Positions 30,234-38,944 of a DNA stretch of 64,000 nt are shown here, piece after piece. This DNA comes from an uncultured Verrucomicrobiae bacterium (lineage in GTDB: Bacteria; Verrucomicrobiota; Verrucomicrobiia; Chthoniobacterales; JAFAMB01), in the NCBI GenBank assembly GCA_963762565.1, contig CAVXLD010000011.1, forward strand, positions 32,001 through 96,000. Direction: 5' to 3'. Position numbers and translations under genes: made by a program. The notes under the pieces are model-generated. The model was given only the letters and a program-made list of their open reading frames with translations. It did not search any database and was not told where the DNA came from. Every line of letters starts with the position of its first letter. The stretch's first letter is position 1.

Positions 30234-30938
30234 TTAATTACTGGAGCCATTTAATGGCGTGCCGCCGCTGTATGCAGTGGAACAGAGATCAGTCACATTG
30301 AAACGATATTTGTCGTTAGATAAGGCGAACCCAGTTAAGCCGTTAACGACAAAGTTGTTTTCAAAATAGCTGGGTGCCGGCGCATCACTAAAGACGATAG
30401 CATTGGTGGGATTGCCGTATGCTTGGTTGTCGCGGACGAAGTTCGGTCCTTGCCCATTGAAGATATCGATTAACGTTCCGCCTGAGCTCGTCGACAGGAT
30501 AAGGTTTCGTTGAACGGTGCAGCCGGATCCCCCGGCGATCTGTACGGCGATGATCGCGTAAATCCGCATGTCCTGGACCGTGATTGCCGTATAGGCTTGA
30601 CCGCCGATACCGGCATTAACCGAGACTCCATAAGTAAAATTCTCTATTGTTCCATTCTTGATCGTGACATCACTCTGGTTTGCTTGCGTAAAGGCGACCC
30701 CCTTAGTTCCGCTCGCACTGTTGGTAGCGATTAAGCGATGGCCTGCGAAATCGAGCGTCACATCGGACGCGGTAATCGTGATGGCATTAGCGGCGCCGCC
30801 ATAGGATAGGTTTTTGCCAAGGGCATAGGTGCCGGACGCGCTGATGGTCTGCGGCACCGAATTAATGATGGTCTGAGCATGACTTGCCTGAGTAGTCAGG
30901 AAACCCAGAGTAGTTATTATAATTGCTAGAACTTTCAT
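30234..30938 (-). CDS. Secreted right-handed beta-helix-like protein (tandem paralogue)
   Basis: Signal peptide; TISASGTYALGKNL..AITITASDVTLDFAG; shares the C-terminal DKYRF motif with the neighbour. Confidence 0.7.
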   Translation of the reverse strand: MKVLAIIITTLGFLTTQASHAQTIINSVPQTISASGTYALGKNLSYGGAANAITITASDVTLDFAGHRLIATNSASGTKGVAFTQANQSDVTIKNGTIENFTYGVSVNAGIGGQAYTAITVQDMRIYAIIAVQIAGGSGCTVQRNLILSTSSGGTLIDIFNGQGPNFVRDNQAYGNPTNAIVFSDAPAPSYFENNFVVNGLTGFALSNDKYRFNVTDLCSTAYSGGTPLNGSSN

Positions 30939-31203
30939 TTTGTGAAGTGCGGTACGGTAGCGTGGGGGTGCTGGGCATCTTACAAATCTTGATCGCGAAA
31001 TGTCAAAACTATAACGACACGAACTAGATAGGCTCAGTCCATCAAGCCGAAAGCAATGAAAATGGCATATAGGAAATAACAAACAGGGAACTCAACCAAT
31101 GCTGTAAATCGCGCAATAAGGCGCCGTCTTAATGATACCGGTTTCTAAGGAGCCAAGGGAGGCTTCAGTCCAAGCAGCCGCGCTTAGCCTTCAAGAGGCG
31201 CTT

Positions 31204-32589
31204 TCAGGCTTCCGCCATTTCTGTTTGGCCGCCCCAGTTCGCAATCAACCCTGGAAACCGGCAAGCTCGACAATCACTCCGGTCGTTTAAACAGAAGTCT
31301 TCGAAGATCTGTAGCAGACCCTGCTGCTGATAGAGAAAATGAATGTACTGCTGGCCGCGATCGGCGTCCCCGAATAAGCGTAGACACACGATCTCTAGAA
31401 GTGTGTTCCCGAGTTCAGCTCGGATGGACTTGAATGCACTCCAATCAGCATTGCCCGAGATCATCAATAGGGGAAACAATACATTGGCTACGATGTCTTT
31501 AACCCGCGAAGCGCCGATAAGACTGATCCGGCGTGGGGCGGCTGCTGACTGCAAGCTGTAGTGAAAGTCCCAAAATGGATGCGATAGCTTCTGGAACCAC
31601 TCACCGGCTCCGTCCAAGTCGACGCTTAGTTTTCGAAACTCCGACCAGCCAGAGGCGATTTGAGCTAGCGCCCCCAGTCGCCGATGCGGATGATTATTCG
31701 GCCTGCTGCCGCCTAGCCGCCAAAGGTCAGTGCGCAATACCAAATCGTGCAATTCACTTCTCATCTTCCACCAGTGAGTCCACAGAGCGTTCAAATAGCG
31801 GTCATCCTGTTGGGAGGCAGAAAGCGATCGTTCCAGAAAACCGGATAGACCGAACAGGATTGCTTCTGCAGCCGCTCGATCTGATCGAAGCCGGACGAGT
31901 GTGGCTCTCTGTGCGATGATGAGAAAAGGAATCTTGTTCCATTTATAACCAAGACCGATCGCCAGAGCTTGGAAAAGAGCTTCATCGATCCCGTGGATCC
32001 GGATGCTGCGCCGCAAAGCCAGTGCTTTTCTTTCCAACCGAATCCTGGCTGCGGTTTCGATGATTTGGTCCAATTGAGCTTCGGCCAAGTTAGATAGCGG
32101 ACTGCAGCAAGCACCGGGTTTCGCCAGAGCGGATTCGGTATCGGTTAATGTCAGTCCCGTGGTCTTGAGTTGAACCTGTACAACCTCTCGGTGGTCAATG
32201 GTCCGGGTAAAGAAATCCGAGCCGGAATTCTGTAAGAAAAGATGTAGAACCACGTTTCGAAAAGCGGGGTTATCGCCATGCCCGTGCCGTTCCCAATCCA
32301 CCACGTTCATATCCAGCTCGATGTCGCCTTTGAGCTCTTGGGCGCCATCGATTCGAATCACCGTATTCACAAAATCCGGTCCCGGTTCCCGATTCCAAAA
32401 TCCGAACTGAATGACCTCGACTAGCGAACCATTGGTCGCGCGAAAACTGGAGCCGAATGCCCCCGCGTACCAAAGCGCCTGATACTCCAGCTCCGACCAC
32501 CGGCGCGCAAGCAGCGGCTCGTCTTCAACCACCGAAACCTCCAACGCGCGAAGATAAAGGGAGTTAAATGCGTCCACAGGTAAGAACAT
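31204..32589 (-). CDS. DUF2851 family protein
   Basis: G.WN.EPGPDF, GDIE, WERHGH..NPAF.NVVLH and RPNNHPHRRL. Confidence 0.8.
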   Translation of the reverse strand: MFLPVDAFNSLYLRALEVSVVEDEPLLARRWSELEYQALWYAGAFGSSFRATNGSLVEVIQFGFWNREPGPDFVNTVIRIDGAQELKGDIELDMNVVDWERHGHGDNPAFRNVVLHLFLQNSGSDFFTRTIDHREVVQVQLKTTGLTLTDTESALAKPGACCSPLSNLAEAQLDQIIETAARIRLERKALALRRSIRIHGIDEALFQALAIGLGYKWNKIPFLIIAQRATLVRLRSDRAAAEAILFGLSGFLERSLSASQQDDRYLNALWTHWWKMRSELHDLVLRTDLWRLGGSRPNNHPHRRLGALAQIASGWSEFRKLSVDLDGAGEWFQKLSHPFWDFHYSLQSAAAPRRISLIGASRVKDIVANVLFPLLMISGNADWSAFKSIRAELGNTLLEIVCLRLFGDADRGQQYIHFLYQQQGLLQIFEDFCLNDRSDCRACRFPGLIANWGGQTEMAEA

Positions 32590-32667
32590 CTATTCAAAAT
32601 GTTACTACAGGCAAGTCAAAATAACAACATGGATAACTAATGTTAGCAGCCGCCTTTCAAAGACAGA

Positions 32668-33562
32668 TAAAATATCCGCAGCCCCGAAATCCTCCGGGGT
32701 AAAATTACGCAGAACTAGTCGCGCCGTAGGCTTTGCGAAGGCGGATTACGCAGATTACGGTTTGGGGTGTAGTTGCATGACGGAAGGACGACGGTGATGG
32801 GCTTCGGATCGAGCGCTTGGCTGACTTTGAGTATCGGCGAATTTCTAGGCAGAGCTTGCTTGATATACCAACAGAAATAATATATGTATCGTATAGTGGA
32901 CCAGGAAACCTATCGGATCATTGGGGCAGCCATTGAAGTTCACAAAGAGCTCGGTCGGGGGTTTCTTGAACCCGTTTATCAGGAGGCTCTCGAGCTCGAG
33001 TTCAATGATCGCGGCATCCCATTTCGGCCACAGCTCGAGCTGCCGATATTTTATAAGGGCAAAAAGCTCAGAACCCACTATCGCTCCGACTTTGTCTGCT
33101 ACGAGGATATTATCGTAGAGTTAAAGGCACTGGCGCGGCTTGGCGACGGAGAGTTGGCCCAGGTACTAAATTACCTGAAGGCGTCTCGCCGGCAGCGCGC
33201 GCTATTGATCAATTTCGGATCCAAGAGTCTAGAACATGAGCGCGTTGTATTGTCACGCAGCGCCGCGTTTCAATCCGAATCCGAGGATGTCCAAAGTCGA
33301 CCCAGCGCTTGATCCGGAGCCCCATTACTCGTCGAGCCCCTCCACGTAACTACGCCTAAAACCGTAATCTGCGTAATCTGCGTAATCTGCGGATATTAAC
33401 CAAGTTGGCCCAGCGCTTGATCCGGAGCCCCATTACTCGTCGCGCCTCCCCGCGTAACTACGCCTCAAATCGTAATCTGCGAAATCCGCCTTCGCAAAGC
33501 CTACGGCGCGACTAGTTCTGCGTAATTTTACCCCGGAGGATTTCGGGGCTGCGGATATTTTA
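32668..33562. mobile_element. Putative TIR-bounded cassette carrying only a GxxExxY nuclease gene
   Basis: 32668-32747 is the exact reverse complement of 33483-33562 (80 bp); imperfect pairing continues to 32827/33402; an extra tandem right arm lies at 33294-33397. Confidence 0.65.
32884..33312 (+). CDS. GxxExxY protein (PD-(D/E)XK nuclease superfamily)
   Basis: IIGAAIEVHKELGRGFLEPVYQEAL, SDFVCYEDIIVELKA, QVLNYLKA and LLINFG. Confidence 0.92.
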   Translation: MYRIVDQETYRIIGAAIEVHKELGRGFLEPVYQEALELEFNDRGIPFRPQLELPIFYKGKKLRTHYRSDFVCYEDIIVELKALARLGDGELAQVLNYLKASRRQRALLINFGSKSLEHERVVLSRSAAFQSESEDVQSRPSA

Positions 33563-33605
33563 CCTCTTCTCGAGGCGGGAACACCACCGTCCCCTAATCT
33601 GCGGA

Positions 33606-34382
33606 TCACAGTTCCAAGCGTAGCCCATCGTAGGCCAGGGAGCACGATGTCGGGAGCGTCTTGCTAGTCTCGGCGTGACTGACATCGTGGCTAAGATGCG
33701 TGAGGAAGGCGCGCTTCGGCTTTAGCAGCGAGATCAAGCCCAGTCCTTCCGAAATACTGAGATGCGAGAAACGTGACATCTTCAGCGGAGTTCCCAGAAC
33801 TAAAACTTCGACGCCAGCCAAATCGTGTAAACCTTGATCGGAAATGATCTTGCAATCGCTGATGTAGCCGAGGATCGGCTGGCCTTGCTGGCGAATGAGA
33901 AATCCCAGGGTGTGAATCGTGCCATGTTCAACCTGGATCGGGACCACTTCGTTCTCACCCAACATAAAAGGTCCCTCGATGATGTACGGTACCGGTTGAA
34001 CATAACCTGGGAACCTGGCCTCGCCGCTAAAAGCGTATTCGAAGCTGCATGCCAGGCGGTCCATCGTTTCCCGCGACGCATAGATCGGCATCTCGTCGCC
34101 ATTGGCGCTGCTGAATCGTCTTAGATCGTCAAACCCTGAGATATGATCAGCGTGTGCGTGGGTGAAGATCGCGGCGTCCAACCGCGTGATGTTGGCCCTG
34201 AGCGCCTGCAACCGGAATTCAACCGCAGTGTCAATTACCCAAGAAGCCGTAGGAGTCTCGATATAGACGGAGGACCTCCAGCGCTGGTCTCGGCTATCCG
34301 AGGACCGGCACACCGAACAGTCACACAGTGGAACCGGTATGCCTACGGAGGTTCCTGTGCCCAAAAAAGTGGCCGTCAGCAT
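33606..34382 (-). CDS. MBL-fold hydrolase, PhnP/YycJ-like phosphodiesterase
   Basis: LGTGTSVGIP..CDCSVC, THAHADH and THLSH. Confidence 0.9.
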   Translation of the reverse strand: MLTATFLGTGTSVGIPVPLCDCSVCRSSDSRDQRWRSSVYIETPTASWVIDTAVEFRLQALRANITRLDAAIFTHAHADHISGFDDLRRFSSANGDEMPIYASRETMDRLACSFEYAFSGEARFPGYVQPVPYIIEGPFMLGENEVVPIQVEHGTIHTLGFLIRQQGQPILGYISDCKIISDQGLHDLAGVEVLVLGTPLKMSRFSHLSISEGLGLISLLKPKRAFLTHLSHDVSHAETSKTLPTSCSLAYDGLRLEL

Positions 34383-34422
34383 CTATTGAAAAAAGGTCGT
34401 CGGACCCTTACATAACCTGCCA

Positions 34423-36093
34423 GTGCCCGCAACGCTCCGATCACTCCGAATCCGTAACTTGGCTTTGGTTGAACAGCTCGATTGGGAGCTTGCCGCTGGG
34501 TTTAACGTGGTTACCGGGGAGACCGGCGCCGGTAAATCGATTATCATTGGAGCGCTCAAGATGATACTTGGCGAAAGGGCCGACAAATCGGTTATCCGAA
34601 CCGGGGAGGATCAATGTTCGGTGGAGGCATTGTTCAATTTACAGGACGCCGATCGCATCAATGCGTTGTTAGCTGACGAAGGGGTTGATCCGTGCGAGGA
34701 GGGCGAGCTCTTAATCCGGCGAGTATTATCCGTCAGCGGCGCGAACCGGCAATTCATCAATGGATGCCAGACGACATTAGGATTTCTCAAGGATGTGGGA
34801 GACGGTTTGGTCGATCTTCATGGACCGCATGACCATCAATCGCTCCTCTCCAAGGAGTATCAGCTGCGTTTAGTTGACGCTTTTGCCGGGAACGGAGATC
34901 TCTTTCGCTCTTATCCAGACGTATTTGGGCGCTGGCAGCAAACGCGAAAAGAACTGGACGAGTTCGAAGCCGAAACCGCGCTCAGTAACCTCGACCTTTG
35001 GCGACATCAGTTAGCGGAAATTCAGGGCGCCGGAATTCGGGCTGGGGAGCGCGCCGAGCTAGAATCCCAATATTCGATAGCGGCCAACGGGCGTCGAATC
35101 TTAGAGCTCACAGGCGCCGGGATCGCCCTCCTTTCCGAATCAGAGAACGCTCTGTTGACCCAGCTCGGAGAACTAGCCCGCCTCCTCAGGGAACTGGAAA
35201 AAATCGATGGCCAAACCCACGAATTTGTCGAAGATCACGAACGGGCCACCGTCGAGCTGGAGGAGCTCGAACGATCGTTGGTATCGTATCAGCAGCGCGT
35301 CGATTTGGACCCGGGTGCGCTTCAAATGATGGAAGAACGATTGAACCTCTTGGAAAGGCTCAGTCGCAAATACGGGCGAGACGAACCGGGCTTGCTGGAA
35401 CTTGCCGCCGAGTTGGAAACCAAGTTGAGCCGGACCGAGCATCGGGAGTCGATTTTGGAAAAATTGCGTCTGGATGCGGATAACCTTCAAAAAAAGGCGT
35501 GGTCGATTGCTCAGCAGTTGACCCGAGTCCGGCATGCCGGCGGGGTGGAACTTGCAGAAAGTATTCGTGCGCATTTGCAGGATTTAGGGTTCGCTCAGGC
35601 CAGCTTTGACATTGTGTGGGAAACGCTGGCGCAACCGAATCGAACCGGATTTGATCAGGTCGAATTTCTCTTTTCTCCTAACCCGGGCGAACCTTTGAAA
35701 CCGTTACGGGCAATTGCTTCCAGCGGAGAAATCTCTCGGGTCATGCTGGCCATCAAGACGGCGTTAGCTCAACAGGACTTGATCGGCTTGTTGGTCTTTG
35801 ATGAGATTGACGCCAATGTTGGAGGCGAGATCGCTTCTGCAGTCGGCAAGAAGATGCAAACGCTCGGCGAAAATCGTCAGGTGGTTGCGATTACCCATAT
35901 GCCTCAGGTAGCAGCCGGCGCTGGCACTCATTTCTTCGTGACCAAGGAAGTTATCGACGGCCGGACCCGCACCTCACTCCAGGAGGTACGCGGCGACCAA
36001 CGACTCCAGGAGTTAGCCCGGATGCTAGGGGGCAGGACGTCATCGGCGCTGGAACATGCGCGCACACTGTTACGCGCCGGAGGTGAGAAGTGA
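34423..36093 (+). CDS. recN: DNA repair protein RecN
   Basis: TGETGAGKS, HGPHDHQ, ASSGEISRVMLA, FDEIDANVGG and ITHMPQVA. Confidence 0.95.
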   Translation: MPATLRSLRIRNLALVEQLDWELAAGFNVVTGETGAGKSIIIGALKMILGERADKSVIRTGEDQCSVEALFNLQDADRINALLADEGVDPCEEGELLIRRVLSVSGANRQFINGCQTTLGFLKDVGDGLVDLHGPHDHQSLLSKEYQLRLVDAFAGNGDLFRSYPDVFGRWQQTRKELDEFEAETALSNLDLWRHQLAEIQGAGIRAGERAELESQYSIAANGRRILELTGAGIALLSESENALLTQLGELARLLRELEKIDGQTHEFVEDHERATVELEELERSLVSYQQRVDLDPGALQMMEERLNLLERLSRKYGRDEPGLLELAAELETKLSRTEHRESILEKLRLDADNLQKKAWSIAQQLTRVRHAGGVELAESIRAHLQDLGFAQASFDIVWETLAQPNRTGFDQVEFLFSPNPGEPLKPLRAIASSGEISRVMLAIKTALAQQDLIGLLVFDEIDANVGGEIASAVGKKMQTLGENRQVVAITHMPQVAAGAGTHFFVTKEVIDGRTRTSLQEVRGDQRLQELARMLGGRTSSALEHARTLLRAGGEK

Positions 36094-36435
36094 GAAGTGA
36101 TTGGTGATTGGTGATTGGTGATTGGTGATTGGTGATTGGTGATTGGTGATTGGTGATTGGTGATCGGTGATCGGTAGGGCGAGGCTCCGGAGAGACCCAG
36201 CGATTAATCAAGGGAAAATTGACGACACGCGACCTATCATCGACCAAGGCCAAAAGACGCGCCGAGCCGTGGCCCACGATAGACCACGGCTCGGCGCGCT
36301 TTTAGATTTGGCTTGTTAATTGGTTAGGTTTACGCAGCTAAGCCTTGTTGACCCGCTCGCTCTTTCGGGAGCCTCGCCCTACCAGGCATCAGCCCCCACC
36401 AATCACCTCTCACCAATCAATTCTCACTTCTCACC
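36082..36435. repeat. Family F heptamer palindrome with a long (GTGATTG)n array enclosing a family A element (36173-36384)
   Basis: Left arm supplies the recN stop codon; right arm 36397-36435. Confidence 0.85.
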
Positions 36436-36441
36436 TTCGGT

Positions 36442-37524
36442 TCACAGCCCCATAATGTGTTCGTACACTCGCACCAATTCCGTACCGCACAGAATCCAAA
36501 GGACGGCTCCGGCCGAAAGGAACGGACCGAATGGAACCCGAACCGATAAACTCTTGTGCCGGAGCAGAATGGCTACCAGCCCGAAGGTGCAGCCCAGCAA
36601 GGCAGCAATGGGAATGGTAAACAGAACTCCTTGCCAACCGATGAATGCTCCAATTGCGGCGATCAGTTTGACGTCGCCGAGCCCCATCGCTTCTCGCGGA
36701 AATTCGGCGTGACTCGTTCGGCCGGACAATTCTCGGATCTCTTCCAACGGGATGTCATGACGAACTGTCTTGAGCCGATCGTGAAAAAAGCGCAGATCCA
36801 GGTTCTGGCATTTCTCGCCGTTGATCGTGACCTCAGCGGCTCGAACGAGAATCTTGTCTTTGGAACGCAGAAAGTGGGTTGTCCATTCGAAAGGTTCTCC
36901 GTCCAAAAGAATCCGCGGATTTTCGGTCTCGCCGTTCTCGAACGAGAATCGGACCGGACTGCCGGGCAATATTTTATATCGGCCAAACAGCAATTTCCCG
37001 CCCTCGCTGACCAGATAGAGAATGCTACCGCCTAGCAGACAACCGGCGAGGCTTAGACCGGCGCTTGTAAGTCCTGAGGAAACGTGATGAAGGGATGGCA
37101 AAAGAAAGCTTAAGAGCAGGCCCGCCCCGATTCCGAAGAACGTGATCTCATCGGGGATAAGCAGAAACTCAAGGTCGACGAATGTTGCCACCAGCAACAC
37201 TAGCGCCAAGACGATGTCCGCAATCACAGTGGGCCAATTGACTCGGAGCGCGAAAGCCACGAACAGGGCTGGGGTGAAGAGCTCGACCAGCAAATATTGA
37301 ATCGAGATCGGTCTACCGCATCGCGAGCAGCGACCTCGCGAGACCAGCCAACTCACAACAGGGATATTATCCACCGCTCTCAGCTGCGTCCCACATTGCG
37401 GACAGAATGAACGTGCGGGTTTCCACAGCGAAATCTCACGTGGTAGTCGATAGATACAGCATCCCGCAAATGAGCCTAGGACGAGGCCAGCTAGTGCAAC
37501 GCAGGCGAGGTAGGCGAGGGTCAT
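36442..37524 (-). CDS. pilD: Prepilin peptidase / N-methyltransferase (A24) with ~100-aa insert
   Basis: RSFCPQC..RGRCSRC, DLEFLLIPD, MGLGDVKL and PFGPFL. Confidence 0.9.
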   Translation of the reverse strand: MTLAYLACVALAGLVLGSFAGCCIYRLPREISLWKPARSFCPQCGTQLRAVDNIPVVSWLVSRGRCSRCGRPISIQYLLVELFTPALFVAFALRVNWPTVIADIVLALVLLVATFVDLEFLLIPDEITFFGIGAGLLLSFLLPSLHHVSSGLTSAGLSLAGCLLGGSILYLVSEGGKLLFGRYKILPGSPVRFSFENGETENPRILLDGEPFEWTTHFLRSKDKILVRAAEVTINGEKCQNLDLRFFHDRLKTVRHDIPLEEIRELSGRTSHAEFPREAMGLGDVKLIAAIGAFIGWQGVLFTIPIAALLGCTFGLVAILLRHKSLSVRVPFGPFLSAGAVLWILCGTELVRVYEHIMGL

Positions 37525-37530
37525 TCAAAC

Positions 37531-37780
37531 GGTGAGAAGTGAGAGGTGAGAAGTGATAGGTGGAAGATGCGTGCTCGCGCAGGCGGATGGCCGTTGGTTC
37601 GACTCTGCTGCTCGCGTCCGTGTCCAGTCTGATGCCATCCACGGCGTCGGGCTCGGAAAGAGATGACATCTCACGGACCGGGCATGACTTGACCCTGTTG
37701 GCATCCAAAGGCCAGATGTCATGCTGCCGCGAGAGCCTTAACCACCTCTCACCTTTCACCAATCACCTCTCACTTCTCAC
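37531..37780. repeat. Family F heptamer palindrome between gmhA and pilD
   Basis: ggtgagaagtgagaggtgagaagtga ... tcacctttcaccaatcacctctcacttctcac; contains the gmhA stop codon. Confidence 0.75.
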
Positions 37781-38342
37781 TGGCTTTCTGCAGCGCCGGC
37801 TCTATCAGCTCACAGATGATGTGAATGACCACTTTGTGGGCTTCTTGGATGCGAGCCGTAACCTGGTGGGGCACGATCAACTCCAAAGAAGCGAGCCCTT
37901 TGCACACTCCACCGTCCCGGCCTAGAAGGGCGATCGATTCGATCTTAAGCTCGCGGGCAACATCAAGGACGCGCACGATGTCACGGGATTGTCCGCTGGT
38001 GGAGAGCGCAAACAAAACATCTCCGGGCCGCCCAAATGCCACTAGCTGACGGGCAAACACTTCCTCGAATGAATAATCGTTTCCGATCGCGGTGATTAAC
38101 CCTCCATCGTTGGTCAGGCTGAAGCCCGGAAACGGTTTGCGATCACCGAGGAATCGGCAGGCTAGCTCAGCGGTGAAATGGGAGACATCGGTAGCGCTGC
38201 CACCGTTGCCACAACCCAGTACCCGATGGCCAGTTAAGAGCGCATTCTCGATCAGTTCGGCGGCGGCCCGGATTTTGTTCTCCAAAGGAACCAAAAGACC
38301 AATCGCGTTTATCGCGTCGTCGATACTTTGGCGAACGGACAT
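37770..38342 (-). CDS. gmhA: Phosphoheptose isomerase (SIS domain)
   Basis: CGNGGSA, IGNDY.F..VFARQ, STSG.S and TARIQEAH. Confidence 0.9.
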   Translation of the reverse strand: MSVRQSIDDAINAIGLLVPLENKIRAAAELIENALLTGHRVLGCGNGGSATDVSHFTAELACRFLGDRKPFPGFSLTNDGGLITAIGNDYSFEEVFARQLVAFGRPGDVLFALSTSGQSRDIVRVLDVARELKIESIALLGRDGGVCKGLASLELIVPHQVTARIQEAHKVVIHIICELIEPALQKASEK

Positions 38343-38415
38343 GATCGCGATCGTCGTGCGCACATGTGCCGATTTCAACTGGAAAACTATGCTGCCGGGT
38401 CAATAATATCGCCGG

Positions 38416-38718
38416 ATGCGGTATGTACTCCTTCTCTTCACGCTATTGATCTTCGTTGGCTGCGAGACTGAGGCGCCAAAGACGGCTGCGGCGATCACTA
38501 AGGAGCGCGCCATCGCGATCGCCATGGAAACAAACAAGGACCCTGAGTTTACTCAGGTTACCCGGTCAACCTGGCGTACCGATCCCACTGCTGCCGGAGG
38601 GGGATATTGGGCTATCGATCTGAAAGATGAGGACGAAGAATTGGGCAAATTCTACCTAATCGATGGCCACGGGAAAGTTGTCGGCCAAGGCCGTATCGAG
38701 GGCGACCGGTATTTTTGA
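38416..38718 (+). CDS. Hypothetical lipoprotein
   Basis: Lipobox-like IFVGC after a hydrophobic stretch; 100 aa. Confidence 0.65.
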   Translation: MRYVLLLFTLLIFVGCETEAPKTAAAITKERAIAIAMETNKDPEFTQVTRSTWRTDPTAAGGGYWAIDLKDEDEELGKFYLIDGHGKVVGQGRIEGDRYF

Positions 38719-38747
38719 CGACCAATAGCCGATAGCAGGTGAGCGTG

Positions 38748-38910
38748 ACGGCGAATGGGCGAGACGGCGAAACGGCGAATGGGCGATAAAAGGCGCGACA
38801 GAACCGGGGTTATCGATCCTGCGAGTTACTCAGGCAGTCAGATCCGCGCCTACAGATCGCCCCTTCGCCCCTTCGCCCTTTCGCCAATACGCCGATTCGC
38901 CCACTCGCCA
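38748..38910. repeat. Octamer-arm palindrome (GGCGAAxx)n ... (xxTTCGCC)n
   Basis: acggcgaatgggcgagacggcgaaacggcgaatgggcga ... tcgccccttcgccccttcgccctttcgcc. Confidence 0.75.
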
Positions 38911-38944
38911 TTCCCCCCAGGCTAGGCTAGCTTTCTGGTAGGCC

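Noticed and set aside
36097..36172. Tandem (GTGATTG)n and other arrays as CRISPR
   Set aside because: 7-9 nt units with no unique spacers and no cas genes; they are arms of palindromic elements.
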